Below, in pieces: positions 48,870 to 62,696 of a stretch of DNA of 64,000 nt. Made by a program: the position numbers and the translations under genes. The notes beneath the pieces were generated by a model. It did no database searches. It had not been told where the DNA came from and worked only from the letters and a program-made list of their open reading frames with translations. Every line of letters begins with the position of its first letter. The stretch's first letter is position 1. Origin of the DNA: Phoronis australis. Taxonomy: Eukaryota > Animalia > Phoronida. Location: assembly GCA_002633005.1 (NCBI GenBank), contig NMRA01000055.1:540458-604457 (forward strand), in the 5' to 3' direction.

Positions 48870-50190
48870 TAGATAATAAAAATAGTAATTGAAGTGACAT
48901 AGTAATTTAATTATTTAACTTGAAATAAAATGAAAACTGCCTCAAGGTTGATATCAGTTTGAGGCCGTAACTGAAGCGCACAAGATGGCAAACAAGTGAA
49001 GTGAATTTAGCACAAAAGAAAATTTATTTAAAACTGCNCCAATTAAAGACAAGTATAAGTGGTGGCATTTTGGAAACGAACATTTGACTGACAAGACCGC
49101 AATGGCTCACCTTTGGCCTATTTAAAAATTATTGCGAGCGCGGTAAAAGTTGGAGCGTGCGCAGTACAAAAATTTTGATTTCACGATTTAGGGAACTGAA
49201 ATAGGGACTGCTCGAAGAAAAAGTTTCATAACGGAAGTATTTGTTCGAGTTGGAAGAACTTAAACACATCGACAACCTCCTAAGGTGTTCGTCTATGCGC
49301 AAAAGGTAGTTATAACAACGTGACTTTGATGGTTTATTCGGTGCGAGGCATAATTCGCCGAAAAGCTTCCGGCGTACAGAGCGCCTATAGCCTCTACATC
49401 GCCTCTGGTTCGGGCCAACAGAGGCGATGGTCATTGCCTAGGGCTAGGTTCACACAAGCCTGACACAAGGACCAAATAATCAAAGAAAAACAAGTTGCCA
49501 GCCAAGACACAGTTCCTTAATCGGAAATTATCGGCAATTTAAATTAAACGAAGTTTTAATACAATCAATACCATTGTTCACATTCTTCCTCAACAAGGCG
49601 TAACATAAGAACAGTCGTGAACGACTTCAAAACTCCCACCAACAATAAGGAGGCTGACATGTTTTAGTATATGACATCAAAAATGTTTTCGTATAATTGT
49701 TTTAAATTCAGTTGCCTTTTAGAGAAGATAAATATAACCACCTGTATTCTGAAAAACAACAACATAGTTTATTTTAGTTTATCTGGGCCTCATAAAAAGA
49801 CGATAATACTTTGTTTAAAACAATTTAATTATTCTACTCCTGAGCTCAAAAGTACGGCATGATTTGTGCAAATGTACTGTCAATGTTTTGATGTTGATGA
49901 AAATAGTTCGGTGTATTTTTCATTTATTTTTGCCTGATATTCACTTTTCATATTTTTTATGCAAAGTTATAACATGTGTTTGGTCTGATGGTGGTTAATA
50001 ACAACTAGTATTCTAAATTCTAAAGACCACTTTTCGAACTAATTTGCAAAAAGGTCACGTTTCATCAGTAAATCGGTCAATGTTTTTATTTGCGTATGGC
50101 TGAGGAAAGTGTGCTGTGACTGTCTGAGCGAAAAGATGCCATAGATTTGTAGTTTTCTGGTCTTGCTCTTTGTCTACGGTGTTAGAAATC
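48870..50190. promoter_or_regulatory. Putative bidirectional promoter region between FANCC-like and RNF11
   Basis: Divergent genes ~1.3 kb apart; CpG-richer stretch at ~49130-49450 with an ETS-like ACGGAAGT; candidate non-coding exon donor on the minus strand at 49110. Confidence 0.5.
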
Positions 50191-53100
50191 ATGGGGAATT
50201 GCCTTAGAAGTCCCACTACAGACGACATATCTCTTTTACGAGGCAACGAGAATCCAGTTGAAGGAAATCAAGATACGTCCGTGTTGGGACCCCCTCCACC
50301 ATATCAGGTTTGCATTTTCATTCGTCATCCATTGTTTAATCGTCGAGTTTTGTGTCATTGCTTTCCATTTTGGGGCCAACAAATAACTTAATAATTTAAG
50401 ATTTCAAATTATTAAGATATCTTTGTTGTCTATCTGTAAAGGCCGTGAAACAAACAAAGGAAATCTTCTTATTTTGTTGTGTCTTTGTTGTCTAGACTCG
50501 ACTGAACAGCTGACCAATGCTTTACCAGGAAGTCTGTGGCTTCATTGTCTACCTTTGTCATAGAAGTAACTCTTGGGTGCTTGTGCTTTGACCCTGGCTT
50601 TTCCATGATTGCTTAGTGTACCAGCTATATGGCTTCAGATCAGTTCCTTGACCACTGAGCCAAGAAACTGAAAGTAAAAATTCATTTATTATTCTTAATG
50701 GCCATAGGTCAGCCTATTTAGAACAGGGGTTAGCCTACTTATAGAAAATATACATTCACAATAAGTCTCGTTTTAAGAGAAGAGTATTCTCAAAAGTTTC
50801 CATAAATTTAGATTTCTGTCTTTTATAATTTTTAAGGACTATAGGTATTACTGGTTTCAAAATTACCAATGCCGTTGTCAACTTCCTTTATCATACATGT
50901 GTTTCAACTGTGAGCAGTTTCATTAATGTGATATCTGTTTTTCAGAGTACTGTGTTTTGAAAATATCTAATGGGTTTAGCTCAATTTGGCATGTATTTCA
51001 TAAATCATGTTCATAGCATTTAGATCATACTATTGTGAGTAGACTGGGTAGAATCTTAAAGCGGCTACCACCTAAAAAGCAAGCGTGTGATTTAGACCAC
51101 TTAACGCTATAACTGTAGAGAATATTGAGGACTCTGGTCTCCAGGACTTGAACCCAGGTTGTATGTGTGAGAGCCGAGCATCTAAACCGTTCAGCCACGA
51201 TCCGCTTGCCGCTTGGCAAGTTGCAGCTTAGATGGGCATTATCTGGCTGTACGTCACCCTCGAAAGTCACGTGTCATAACAATAACGTTGGTCTCAACTC
51301 CTTTAGAACTCACATGATGTATGATTTCTGGGTTATTTGTTGAAACTATGCTTGGCTCATAAAATGATACCCGGTGGCAAGCCAGCTTGGAGGGTCCAAT
51401 TTCAAGCACTAGCAAACAGCCAGTTCTTTTGAAACGCTGAATCCATCTGTAACTTGACTGTGGGACAATTTGCAACAAATTTCATAACTTGTGTTGTCTT
51501 TGGAAATCAAAAGTTTGTACAGCTGCTTTAGTTGAAGTTGCGGCACGCTTGATTTGTTATGTTTAAATCTTGCATTTTGAAACAATAGACTTAAGTGACA
51601 AATCAGTCTATAGGTCTCTACATTTGGTTTTGCAAAGTTCTTCTTACGTCTGCTCATGCTGTGGCCTCCACAACCGACTAGACCACCCAATTCTGACATA
51701 GTGAATTCAACTAAAAAATACATTGTATTATTGACATAGTTTTTGAAAGGTTTGGGCCGTTATCACTTTTCTGGGCCCAGTCAGACTACTCAAGAGCAAT
51801 TTATCTCACCTAAGCATTTCAATTTTTATATCTCCATTGCAACTCGTCATATGCAGTGTTCAGTAGACTCATTCATTGACACCAGAATGATGAATGACAA
51901 ACTAAACTACTGTAATGTATGTTATCACAGCACTGTTATACAACTGTCCACTGCTAGTGCCGTACTACAGACAGTTATCTCACTAATTTGGAACTAAGAT
52001 AATCGCCAAAATTGACCATTTTTCAAAGGTTTCTAACGAATACCTTCAATTTCTCCGAATCATCGTATGATCATGGTAGCTATGGTATAAATCTTTAATA
52101 GTCATGTAGCATACTTATATAAGAATGAAAATTTTGCCTGTCAGCCATATTGTGTCCACTGGCAAATTTTTATTGTAGTCCATGTAAATCCCACAAGAGG
52201 GGGGGTCTACTAATGGTTTTTTGCAAAAGGGCTTTCTTTATCTTACTGATTTTCTTCAGAAGTAGCTATTCACATAAAGTGTTGCTGTCACAGTTTGTGA
52301 TATTTTAAAGGGTAGTGAACCCTGTTTTGTTGATTTTATGCAAAATTGATTCTGGTAGCCTGTATACTACTACTAGTAGTATATTTAAGTATTTCCGGGG
52401 GAAAAAGGAAGCATTGTTTGGCTAACTTCCGTCCTCCCTGTGTAACAAAATGGATTCGAGGGTTTGAAATGCACAGTCTTTTCCAAAGTCTTCTGTTAAC
52501 AAGCTTGAAGAACTTTGTTAGTCACGTTTGTCCATTTAGGTGATGTTTTAAGGAGTTGTCGAACTTGAATCAAACTTTGACGATTGGCAAAGGTTCATAG
52601 ATTATTTTGTTGCAGAGATTTTAGTGTTAAGTTGGCGTTAGCATTCATTGATAGTCAAAAACCAGGTTGTCAGTACCTTTTCAACATACCGCACAAGGAA
52701 TTCAATAAATTTCAAAATTGAGTTTTCTACTTGCTTCTGCTGCTGTTTCCCAAACTGAAGAGTCAATTATGTAATATTTGTTAATATTTGTTAATATTTG
52801 TAGTTTAAACTTTGGGAATAGTGTGTGTGTTTAGTAATGCAAGGTGACTTGTATTGGTCACAATGACCTGCATGAACAACGAGTAATTTATCAGTTTTGA
52901 TTATTCCTTGAAAAACCCAGCTCTTCTTAGAAATGTGTCATTAAAAAGAAACTTGGCTGAGTCTAAGAAAATGCAACGATTCTCACATGTTTTGCTGCAA
53001 TTTTAGACTCAAAAGTTTTTAGTATCTGCTCTAATAATTTTAAAGTCTTGCACATATTCGAAAAATGACTGAAATGAAATTCTCAGAATGTCAAATATTT

Positions 53101-56100
53101 GAAGAAAGTAATTGAAAATTTTTAATGCAACACATGCAGCTATTGTTGACAGTGACATCTGTGGACAACTTGGATGAAAATCTGTTGTCCATGAACTTGG
53201 AATACTGCTTGATCTCAAGATCATGTATGTGTAAACTTGGAATACACGAGGAAACTTGCAAGTTCACTCAAATAATTACATTCATGTTGATAAAAAATTT
53301 GCACTGCACTAAGTCAAATTACATATAAATAAAATAATGTAAATTTAAACCAAATTTTTTTCAACTATTGGCGATCATATTCACCAAACAATACTTGATT
53401 CACATATTCTGACTCTCAGACACAAGTTATGGTAAAGGGGAAAATAGGGTAATCGTGAGGCCAATAATTACAAAAACTCATTCTACTGAACAAAAAAATC
53501 ACCTGATTGCCGTAATGAATATTCAATTCTAAGTTCATGCATATGCGATCTTGAGATTAAGCAAGATTCCATTTTCGCGCATAGCAACTCTACCTGTTTA
53601 CTGTTAAGTTTAAACTTGCATTCAGTTTTGATCCAAAACGGAATTTAGAACTATAGATTTCCTCTGCAGCCAATGAATGAAATCTGAACAAAAACACTTA
53701 AGTTCATAAATTAGTCTCGTATTTCTTTCCGTGATAAGACCTTTTCTTAACACTGAAACCACCAATATCTCAAAAAACCCTCTTGAACGATTTTTAGAGG
53801 TTGACCAACTCTGAAATTTGCGAATTTGAAGATAGCGTATGTAACCACTGTTTGTGACTTGGGTTGTCGGCTTATTCGGCAACAATTCCGTATCAATGAA
53901 GCATGGCCGTGCTTTAAACCCCAAAGCACGTTGTTGAAGAATTCAACATCAGAAGCTAAACAATGGTGTAACGCCTCTTTAAGTGATCCCACTGACTGAC
54001 ACTCGTCAAACTGCCAAAGGGTCAACGACAACGTCAAGGGAAACACGGCAGACAGTATTAGTCTTGTGGGGAATGCAACTGTTTCACATCAATTTTGCTT
54101 TCGCTTTCGTGTCTCGTTACATTAACATTCAACTTACACATTTTCCAATGTGGTGTTTGCAACTCTCTTTTGATTCTCCTTAGTGTTTTTAACCTGGTTA
54201 CGCTTCCGAGACATACTTGGCAGTTTGTATAGCAGTATTTACATGTTAAAATTTTTTTCGCTATTTTTCCGCTTACATTTAAACGATAATGTGTGATTAC
54301 TTACATGACGATTTTCTCCGCTACTTCTTCGGTATTTTAATACGCATCCTCTTTTAGCAAGTGAGGTCGTTCCATTGCTCTTGTTTTTCTGGAGATTACA
54401 ATCTCTCTCTGGCTACATACTTGTTTTGTGCTACAGGGCAATTGGTACACGAAGCGATGTCGTAAAGTGCACTTTTTAGTGATCATTTAAGTTGGGATTG
54501 TACTCAGTATGTTGAACTGATGATTGAAATAGTGATCGGAATGGTGATTAGATCGTCCATGTATGCAGGCCCAGTAGCTCTGTCTAGTTTGTTTTATCGG
54601 CCAGCTGGAAGTATAGTCCTTGGACTTTGTTAGCTGATCTAATCCCTATCAGTGTGTTTGTAGGAGGGTTATTGATTATTTGCTTAATATTATATTGTTG
54701 CAAAGGTATGTTTGCAACAGAAGACTGTCAAGTCAGTCGAGGCCATTCAAGTTGTTTCTTGGCTGTCAACTGTTATCTCCTTTAGTATCAGTAAATCAAA
54801 TGCATGTTTAGTATTTAGTTGTGTTTTGTATGTTGTGATAAGTGTGGTCACAAACAGTTAATAGCAGATTAGTAAAAAGTCAAACATAAAATTGTATACA
54901 ATATCTGCTTTCTGAAAATATACATGTACTTTTACTGATTGAAAATCTATAATTTTGTAGTTATTTAATTAAATGTGCACTCTTGTCATAACCTTTTTTT
55001 CTTTTTTCTCATCTTTAGCACACCTCCAGATAACGCTTTCGCATTACATCTAGGTTCTCATTCACTCCCTTGTACAAAATCATTACTAAGACCGAGGAGT
55101 AGGAGACACTTTTGTGCAATGCTGAATTGTCTGCCGGTAGAGCCTGTACTTGAACCCGGGTCTCCTAAACGGGAGTCCGGAGCTGAAACCACTGAGCCAA
55201 ACTGTCTCCTTAAGTTGTAACTTCACTGTTCTGCTATGCTGTGTTCTTTATTTACAAAGCTACATACTGGAAACCCACATGTACATGTAGGTGTACATAG
55301 GTCAAAAATTTAATTTGTTTTTTATTGACCAATCTGTTGTGTTTATACTGGATTGTTATCAGCTGCATTCATAATGCGTGGTGATGCTGTCTTCTTCAGG
55401 AGANATGCGACCTGGGATTTTGGCTAGGTCGCAAAATGCGACCTGGCGATTTTAATAGCGTCGAGCCCTGGTTTTTTATTGACCAATCTGTTGTGTTTAT
55501 ACTGGATTGTTATCAGCTGCATTCATAATGTGTGGTGATGCTGTCTTCTTCAGGAGAGTGCGCCGGTGTATCACCCGGCACCCAACGTTAGTCGTCCGGC
55601 CTCTCAACTGTCAGAGGACGAGCAGGTGAAGATTGCTCAACGTATAGGTCTCATACAGCATCTCCCCCTTGGCATCTACGATGGAGAGACGAAGAAAACT
55701 AGAGAGTAGGTGGTCTATGTGTAACGGTGTTTCTGATCAGTGGCAAAACGTTGAACTTAGCTGTGTTGTAACTGAGGTGTTGTTGAATGTTAACTTCTGC
55801 CTACGTCTCACATCTGATGTGAACGGACATTTATCAAGCATTGTACTTTTGCGACATTTGTGAATAATACGTGTGACCAACATGTTGTAATATGACACTG
55901 CTGCAAGATGTTGATAACAGGATTTCACAAATAGCCAATTCAACTGAACGAATTTCATGTAATTCATTTCCTACTGGTTCCTGTCTGTCCAACAAAATTT
56001 AAGAGTCGCCTACACTGTAGATTTGTGTTAGCTATTCGGAACTATATAGCAGAAATTTAACAGATCCTCACAGTATGTCATAGTGTAATGACCTACCTCA

Positions 56101-57344
56101 GGATATCTTCAGAAAGATGGCCATCATTAATCTAAACTTTATGCATTATCAAAATATCTTGGCCTGGGAACCGCTTGTTGTGGCTGTGAGTTTATTGCCC
56201 CACACGGTGCTCTCTTCCCATTTCTTCAGTCTATTGTTAGTTCTAAAAGATTGGGAATCAAGTGACCTTATGAATAGACTGCTTAATGGGAACATTAAAT
56301 ATGATATCCAAATGCTCTGAATAAAGCACCAAAGGAAACGCTTAAATTTTCTTAAGTTCAAGATGAAGATAAAGTAGTCTATGTGTCGCAGGGTTCAAAA
56401 TATCATGTCAGGCACTTATCAATATGTTCTGGTTTGTGTGCACATCCTTTTTAACCCTGTGTAGTATTTAAAGCTGCTTATTTTGCCCTGTTAAAACGTT
56501 TGAAAATGGAATTAGGCCTTTTACTGTCATAAAATTGATCTCGTAATATTCCTTACTGTTTCAGGATTCCATTTTCGTGACCAGTCTGGTCACAGTCGAT
56601 GCGTTCATTCGTCATTTTCAAATTTGCAATTTTACAGATGGCCAAGTTCTCAATAAACTATGTCTGAAACAGTTTTTTTTTGGTAATAGTCACTTACAGG
56701 GGTCCCGCATTTTGAGAACCAGTTTTCTCCAAGTAATAGGCACCAAACTGGTTCTCATAATTTGGGACCCCTGTGGCTATTGCTGCGTTTTTGAGTTGCT
56801 GATGCTTTTGATGCTTTTTTTAGCACTCCTTTTGCAGTAAGGAATATTATGAGACCGATATAATGAGAGTAAAATACCTAAATTAATTTTTGTTTTTACG
56901 CAGCTAAACTGGGCAAAGTGCAGAAAAACCTAACATTTTGACCATTTCTTTAAAAAGTCTTACAAATGGCATCTTTGTGTGTTTTTACAAATAAGCACCC
57001 AGCTGGTACTGCCCGACGTTGGCGTTTCATTTTTTACGCATTTCAAGGGTTGTGCGTTTTTGAACGATATGATGATAAATTTAGGGGTCATTTTTAGTTG
57101 ACGGTGCATTGCTCTAAAACAGTTGTCATCATGTCTATGACTGTCTGGAATATTTTTAATTTTGTATTTCAGGTGTGTCATATGTATGGTTGACTTTGTA
57201 GTAGGCGATAGTCTTCGTTTCCTGCCTTGTATGCATACCTACCACAAGGACTGCATTGATGATTGGTTGATGAGATCATTCACCTGTCCCTCCTGTATGG
57301 AACCGGTCGATTCGGCTCTTCTAGTCTCCTACGAGACCTACTGA
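50191..57344 (+). CDS. RNF11: RING finger protein 11 (RING-H2 E3 ligase with PPxY motif)
   Basis: Exons 50191-50307, 55554-55705, 57173-57344 give MGNCLRSPTTDDISLL...PPPPYQ|ESAPVYHP...EDEQVKIAQRIGLIQHLP...RE|CVICMVDF...RFLPCMHTYHKDCIDDWLMRSFTCPSCMEPVDSALLVSYETY, very close to vertebrate RNF11. Confidence 0.96.
51133..51203 (-). mobile_element. tRNA-derived SINE head
   Basis: Minus strand GTGGCTGAACGGTTTAG (A box)...GGGTTCAAGTCC (B box). Confidence 0.55.
54993..55208 (-). mobile_element. tRNA-derived SINE (Gly-like head) with A-rich tail
   Basis: Minus strand TTGGCTCAGTGGTTT...CTCCCGT...GGGTTCAAGTAC, then a ~120-bp body ending GAGAAAAAAGAAAAAAA. Confidence 0.65.
55316..55557. repeat. ~88-bp direct duplication around an N, including the RNF11 exon-2 acceptor, with a hAT-like MITE end in between
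   Basis: 55316-55403 is nearly identical to 55471-55557; N at 55404; the intervening sequence ends ...GTCGAGCCCTG. Confidence 0.8.
56685..56781. mobile_element. Hairpin MITE related to 43432-43539
   Basis: AATAGTCAC..CAGGGGTCCC...GAGAACCAGTTT / AAACTGGTTCTC...GGGACCCCTGTGGCTATT. Confidence 0.7.
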
Positions 57345-58579
57345 TTGGTGCAAACAGGGCTTGAAATTGGCAACAGTTTCGAAGAGCCACCATGAGGCTG
57401 TGTAAGCGACTTCTTGCGGGAACCAGAAGGTTTTGGAATGATGTTGACAGTTAAAAGTTTCTTAATTTATTTTGATTTTTTGAGACTGTGCGTTGTGGTG
57501 TAGTACTGTGGATATTGTTGCAATGCAATTTAGAGAATCGTATTCTTTCTCTTGTTTGTTATAGCGCCGTTTCATACCAACTTTTTTTAATACATTTGTC
57601 GACTTAATCTCGATACTAGAAGAGTGTCGATGTAAAAGGTGAAGTTACCTTTCAGACTGGCTTCAGTAGTCATCAGGCACTTAAGTTATCGCAGTTTGAT
57701 GCGTTGGTCATAGACGTTATCACACAATGGTGCTCTGAAAATGTTATGTAATTTAAGGTATTTTTTTTCAAATTTGATGTATTGCGTATGTGGTCGGATT
57801 ATAAAACATAAAATGAAGTGCTTATTCTCTGGTAGGACACTGTCGTTACTCACTGTCATGCCTGCTGATTACACCAGTGACAGGAAAGTTAACATACTGC
57901 ATCGAAGCATCGACGCTTTGCTGTTAAATCCATCTGTTTACTCAAAAATTACATTGTGCGATCTAGGATCGAAGTTAATCGTTCATCCAGACTGATGCTC
58001 CCGTAGTATTGACATGTCGACATTGGTATGAAATGCCATTAAAACAACCTCATCTTGCGTGAAGTTTAACATAAACAACAACTAGTCGTGGTTCTTTCAT
58101 TTGAATGTACTTTCTTTTGCTTTGAGTTTGCCGTTTGCTAATTCAGGAGTTGGGTGGATTAAAAATTTTTGATTAATCCCGTTTTCGGTCATTGTCCATG
58201 CTGTATAAATGAGGGACATTTTTAAAATCCGTTTTCTTAGCGACATTATGGTACGTGATTCGGTTGCTCGGAGTTCATTTCTGCGTTCAGAATACATTAT
58301 GAATTAACTGTTCAATATAGACATATGTTTGTAGATAGTTTGTAGGTTCTGGTCTGTGGTTGACATGGTTTCTGGTTCCCTTCAGAAGTTGTTTCCAGTG
58401 CCTGCTTACGTAGAGTTTCAATTTCCTCTATGGTGACGCCAATCTATTTGAGTCTCTGTTTGTAGTTAACAAGAGGTTCTTGTTTGGACTAGATTTCATA
58501 ATTCAGTGTGTGCACAACTGAAACTAGTGGGGTGTCTTGGTAAGAAATCGTCTGCTGTTGATTAAAATGTGTTTAGAGC

Positions 58580-58880
58580 TCAAGGGGACGTAATCCATTT
58601 TTCGCCTGAAAATGCGTTTTGAGGATTATTGTTGACTTATTGAAGTCGTTAGCTTTGACTATTAAAATCCGTTGTGTTTTGGGGTTTTATTACAAATTCC
58701 CAATTCTTGCTGTTGTCTGTAAGACATCCGCTGAAATCAGTGCCGTTGACTTTTCGCTTGAAATATGGCTACCATTTATTGAGTAGGAATTATTACCACA
58801 TTAAACTGTAACCGCTACGGTTGCAGGTTCGTATCCGCGCTGAGGTTGGTCACATTTTTTCACGGACAATGTCCCTTTAA
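58580..58880. mobile_element. Kolobok-like MITE with a tRNA-like segment near its right end
   Basis: TCAA|GGGGACGTAATCC...GGACAATGTCCCT|TTAA termini; internal CTGTAACCGCTACGGTTGCAGGTTCGTATCC resembles anticodon and T arms. Confidence 0.5.
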
Positions 58881-61800
58881 TAGTTTTTCACACAAATTTG
58901 TTTTATAACCCAAGATCACGCCACCTTTGGAGAAGGAAGTGACAGACATTGATGATGTTTCTTCTGTGTTTGTTGATATTGTAATTTGTGCACAGAACGG
59001 ATTTTATTAGATATTTATGGAGGAAAGATGTGACCTATAGTCATCTCGAATACTCTGTGTCAGAATTTGATGAATTTTTAATTTGTGCACAGCAGCAACA
59101 CACCAATTTACTTGTTGTTATCTTGCGATCAATATGTTATCTCCACTGTGTTGTTCTTAATGTTTGTTTCTAGTTGTGTTGATTTTGTTTGGGCAAAAAT
59201 TCGAATGATTTTAAAGTGCCTTCTGTGGACACTCTGAGTTAGTTACAGGAAATGGAAGTTAATGGTCTCTGAAATTTTGGAAAGTTTAATAACGAAATTG
59301 GCCTTTTCACAATTCAGACTTGAAGATTTGCATGGTCATTTAAGGTGCGATCTATCAACACTCTGACAGTATTACAAACTGAATTGAAAGTTAATGTCAG
59401 AATATTGGAAAAACTTTGATATGGCAAGTAGTCTTTGCACAAATCAGATTTTTGTCCAAAATGGAATAGACTTTTCCCTAAATTAAGGATTTTTGCAGCA
59501 GCTCAGTTTGTTCCTTTGGTTTTTACACGTCTTCGAATGGTTGTTACTGTAAAATCCTTCACTTTTGGGAACCCTATAATGGCAAACAAAAGAATCTTAT
59601 TTCATCTTGTCAAATTTTGGAACAAAAAGTTAATTGTTTGTGGTGTTGCTTTACTACTTATTATATGTACTAATGAAGCGACACCTAGTGGCATTGTAGT
59701 AAACCTTTGAAAAATAGGCAAATGTCAATTTTTGCTTCAAATTGGAGATTTTTCATCGTAAATGCCATGGCAGTAATTGTGTTTGAAAAGGGTTCGTACA
59801 CATTGGGTTGAACAATGTGGTATGTAATGAACTGATCGACCTCCGCAACACTGCCCCCTATAGGTGACCTGTCTCCCATAGTGTCCATGGAATGCACTGC
59901 TTTACATGCTTGTAATCCTGCAGGTTTTACCCTCTGTTAAAAACAAAGTATACAGAGGGAGCCCGCTGTAGACTGCTTGTGAATGTAAAGTATATTACTG
60001 TCAATGCAACACAATATCTGTGATAGAGTTATGTTTATTTAGTTGTTGAGGTCGCACTGGATTTGAATAGCACTTGTTTCCTGTAGCAAGGCTTCGTTCC
60101 CAAGGAACATTTTAACAGGAGTTGCTTCAGTACTGAACTGTAGGATCATGCAGTAGTTTTCAGAAGAAATTGACAAAACTATTTTTCTCGGAGAAAGTGA
60201 TAAACTACTTGAGTTTGTAGAGTGTCGTTGCAAGCTTCCAGTTTTCTTATTCTGTTTTGGACGCAGTTCTGTGTTCAGTGTCCAAGCTGTCTGAGTTTTG
60301 TCAACTTTTCTTTATATTCAGAAAAGTTAGTGGACCAATTTTTACCACCTTACTCTCGGATTCTGTTCTAAAACCATGGAAACAAAAAAATCACCTTTTT
60401 TTAAAACTACTGTGTAGCATGATGCGTTATGACTTCGGTGAGACAACTTGAAGGAAAATGGCGCTTCAAAGTATCTAGGATATTACTCCAATTCTAGTCT
60501 CCATGAAAGTTAGTGAGCTGTTAATTGAAATCATATTTGCAGTCATCGTTGTTGTGTCAATTGTATGTCATAATTGGTCAATACATTAAGCGCTGTCAGT
60601 GCTTTATACACGTAACAGTCCCAGCCTGAATTAAACTTTCCTTTTTGTGGTGTTAGAAAAGTGTGTCACATGATTGGCCCAGTTGCTGAAATGTCAGGTA
60701 CAACCACTGCCCAGTGTATAATGCAAAGGGCATCTCATTGCTCATTTAGTAAGTTTTGTCTGATCAAATTTCTCATTGCCTGTCGTGCATGGGGTGAAAT
60801 CTCACCAAGTTAGAACAAATATGGTAGATAGGTTAAATTTTATTTTATTATTTTTCATTAATGGCACATAGTAACTACATAATGCCATGTTCAAAATCTG
60901 CACTATAGCTATCAACGGGCAATGTTTTGATGTGGGCATTCATAAAATGGTAGCTTTTGAAAAAAATCAAAAAGTTTAATTTTGGCTAATATTTTTGTCC
61001 AACATTGGTGAGATATTTCCATAACACTATCCAGCGGTATAGCTTAGTTGGCTTTAGAACAGCGAATGACATTTAATTATTGCTTTGATGAGCAGTTGCT
61101 TGATAACGTCTACTGCATTGTGGGTCTTGTGGGAACTTGCCACAAAAATTGAATGGCGCTGTGGTATTTTTGGATGGGGCTGTTGTTGCACGTGCATTTT
61201 GGTACTTTTACGATTCACTCTTCCATTATAAGGTTCAGCTTAGGATTTAATTATCCACTTCATTCCGAGAGATGTGCCGTTCATTGTTAAGTTAAATGTG
61301 AAATCCCTAGTTAAGGATTGCTCCACTGTTTAACAGACATTGCACTACATAGTAGTGTGATTATAGTTGTCACTTGGCTTCAGCCATCTTTGTGTGAGGA
61401 CGTTGTGATTGATAATCTGAGAATCTGAAAATTTAGCAATAAGGATGTTGCCTAATGAACACAATGAATTTATCGCCGGAATGTGTATTACATAGACTAC
61501 GTTGCTTACAGCTGAGGCCTCACAGTATAAAATCAGTGGACATCTCAATCTGACCACTGGAGATTCGATTTTCCTGCCCCTTGTACATATAATTTTCCCA
61601 AGAATCGAGATAATTGGTTCTGTGATTGTGTGTAATCTTGTGATGCAGTGACTGCCTTTAGTTCAGTTTTGGCATGTTTTAATTTGAAATTTGAAGTTCT
61701 TGCTTTGCTGTTCAGTTATGCAAATTTGTTGTGGAATGCCAGTGTTTGTTTCATGAAAAGTGATTTAAGACTACGGAAAGTCATGAGTTTGGTCTTGTGC

Positions 61801-62534
61801 TCCAACACAACTATTTCTGAAAAATAATCAAATCTCACTTGAGCAAAAATGTAAAGTCTCTGACAACATGCACATAACTGTTACTTACTGAGATAATTTG
61901 TATAAAGTATTTCTAGACTGTGATGGGCTCATTATTACTTGACTAAACCTTTAATACGCAATTGCGAAGTGGCAGTGTTAGACCAAATTTCCGTCTTGAG
62001 TCACTTTTCATGAAACGGGCCCCAGGTTTAAAAATGGCACTTTTGCTAATATGTTGGTGCTGGAATATTTGTGTCGTTAAGATGTCACCTGCCCTTTGCT
62101 TTAATTTTAGAGCACAACCTGGCATAATCATGAAATTGCTGTATGCAGGTCTTTGAACCTTGGTAATGTTCTGTAATGAGCGAGTTATTGTGTCATGTAA
62201 TTTGCTTTGAACATGACTTCCCTCATCACTTGTGATGTCAGTTCAGTGGAAGATGTGGATGTATTGAATACACTAGTTACATTAAAGTCTAACCAATTTA
62301 GGACACAACATGGCGGACAAGTAAAATTTATTTCGTTTTTTCAAAAATGACCTACAGTACCAGAATGATGCCTTACTATATAGCTACCAACGGAAAATGT
62401 TTTGAAAACTTGCAATCGTTCACGTCATAAGCCCTCGAAAAATGAAAGGGGTGTAATTATTTTTGTCCAAAATTGGCGAGCTTTTACTGTGGATATTGAT
62501 ATGAAGAATTTGATGATGAGAAAAGCTGGCTACA

Positions 62535-62696
62535 CAGTGGCGGATTTAGGGGGGTGCAAGGGGGCCATGCCCCTCCCCCCCAAATTCTCGCAGATTGCAT
62601 TTGGCAGTTCGAGGTGCGAATGTCTTGACAGGCAAAATTCTGGCTAATACTGTACCCTGCCCTCCCCCCCAACTCAAAATCCTGGATATGTCCCTG
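62535..62696. mobile_element. hAT-like MITE
   Basis: CAGTGGCGGATTTAGG...CCTGGATATGTCCCTG imperfect TIRs with G/C-run subterminal motifs. Confidence 0.65.

Noticed and set aside
51133-55208. tRNA-like sequences as functional tRNA genes
   Set aside because: Acceptor stems do not pair and SINE-like bodies or tails follow.
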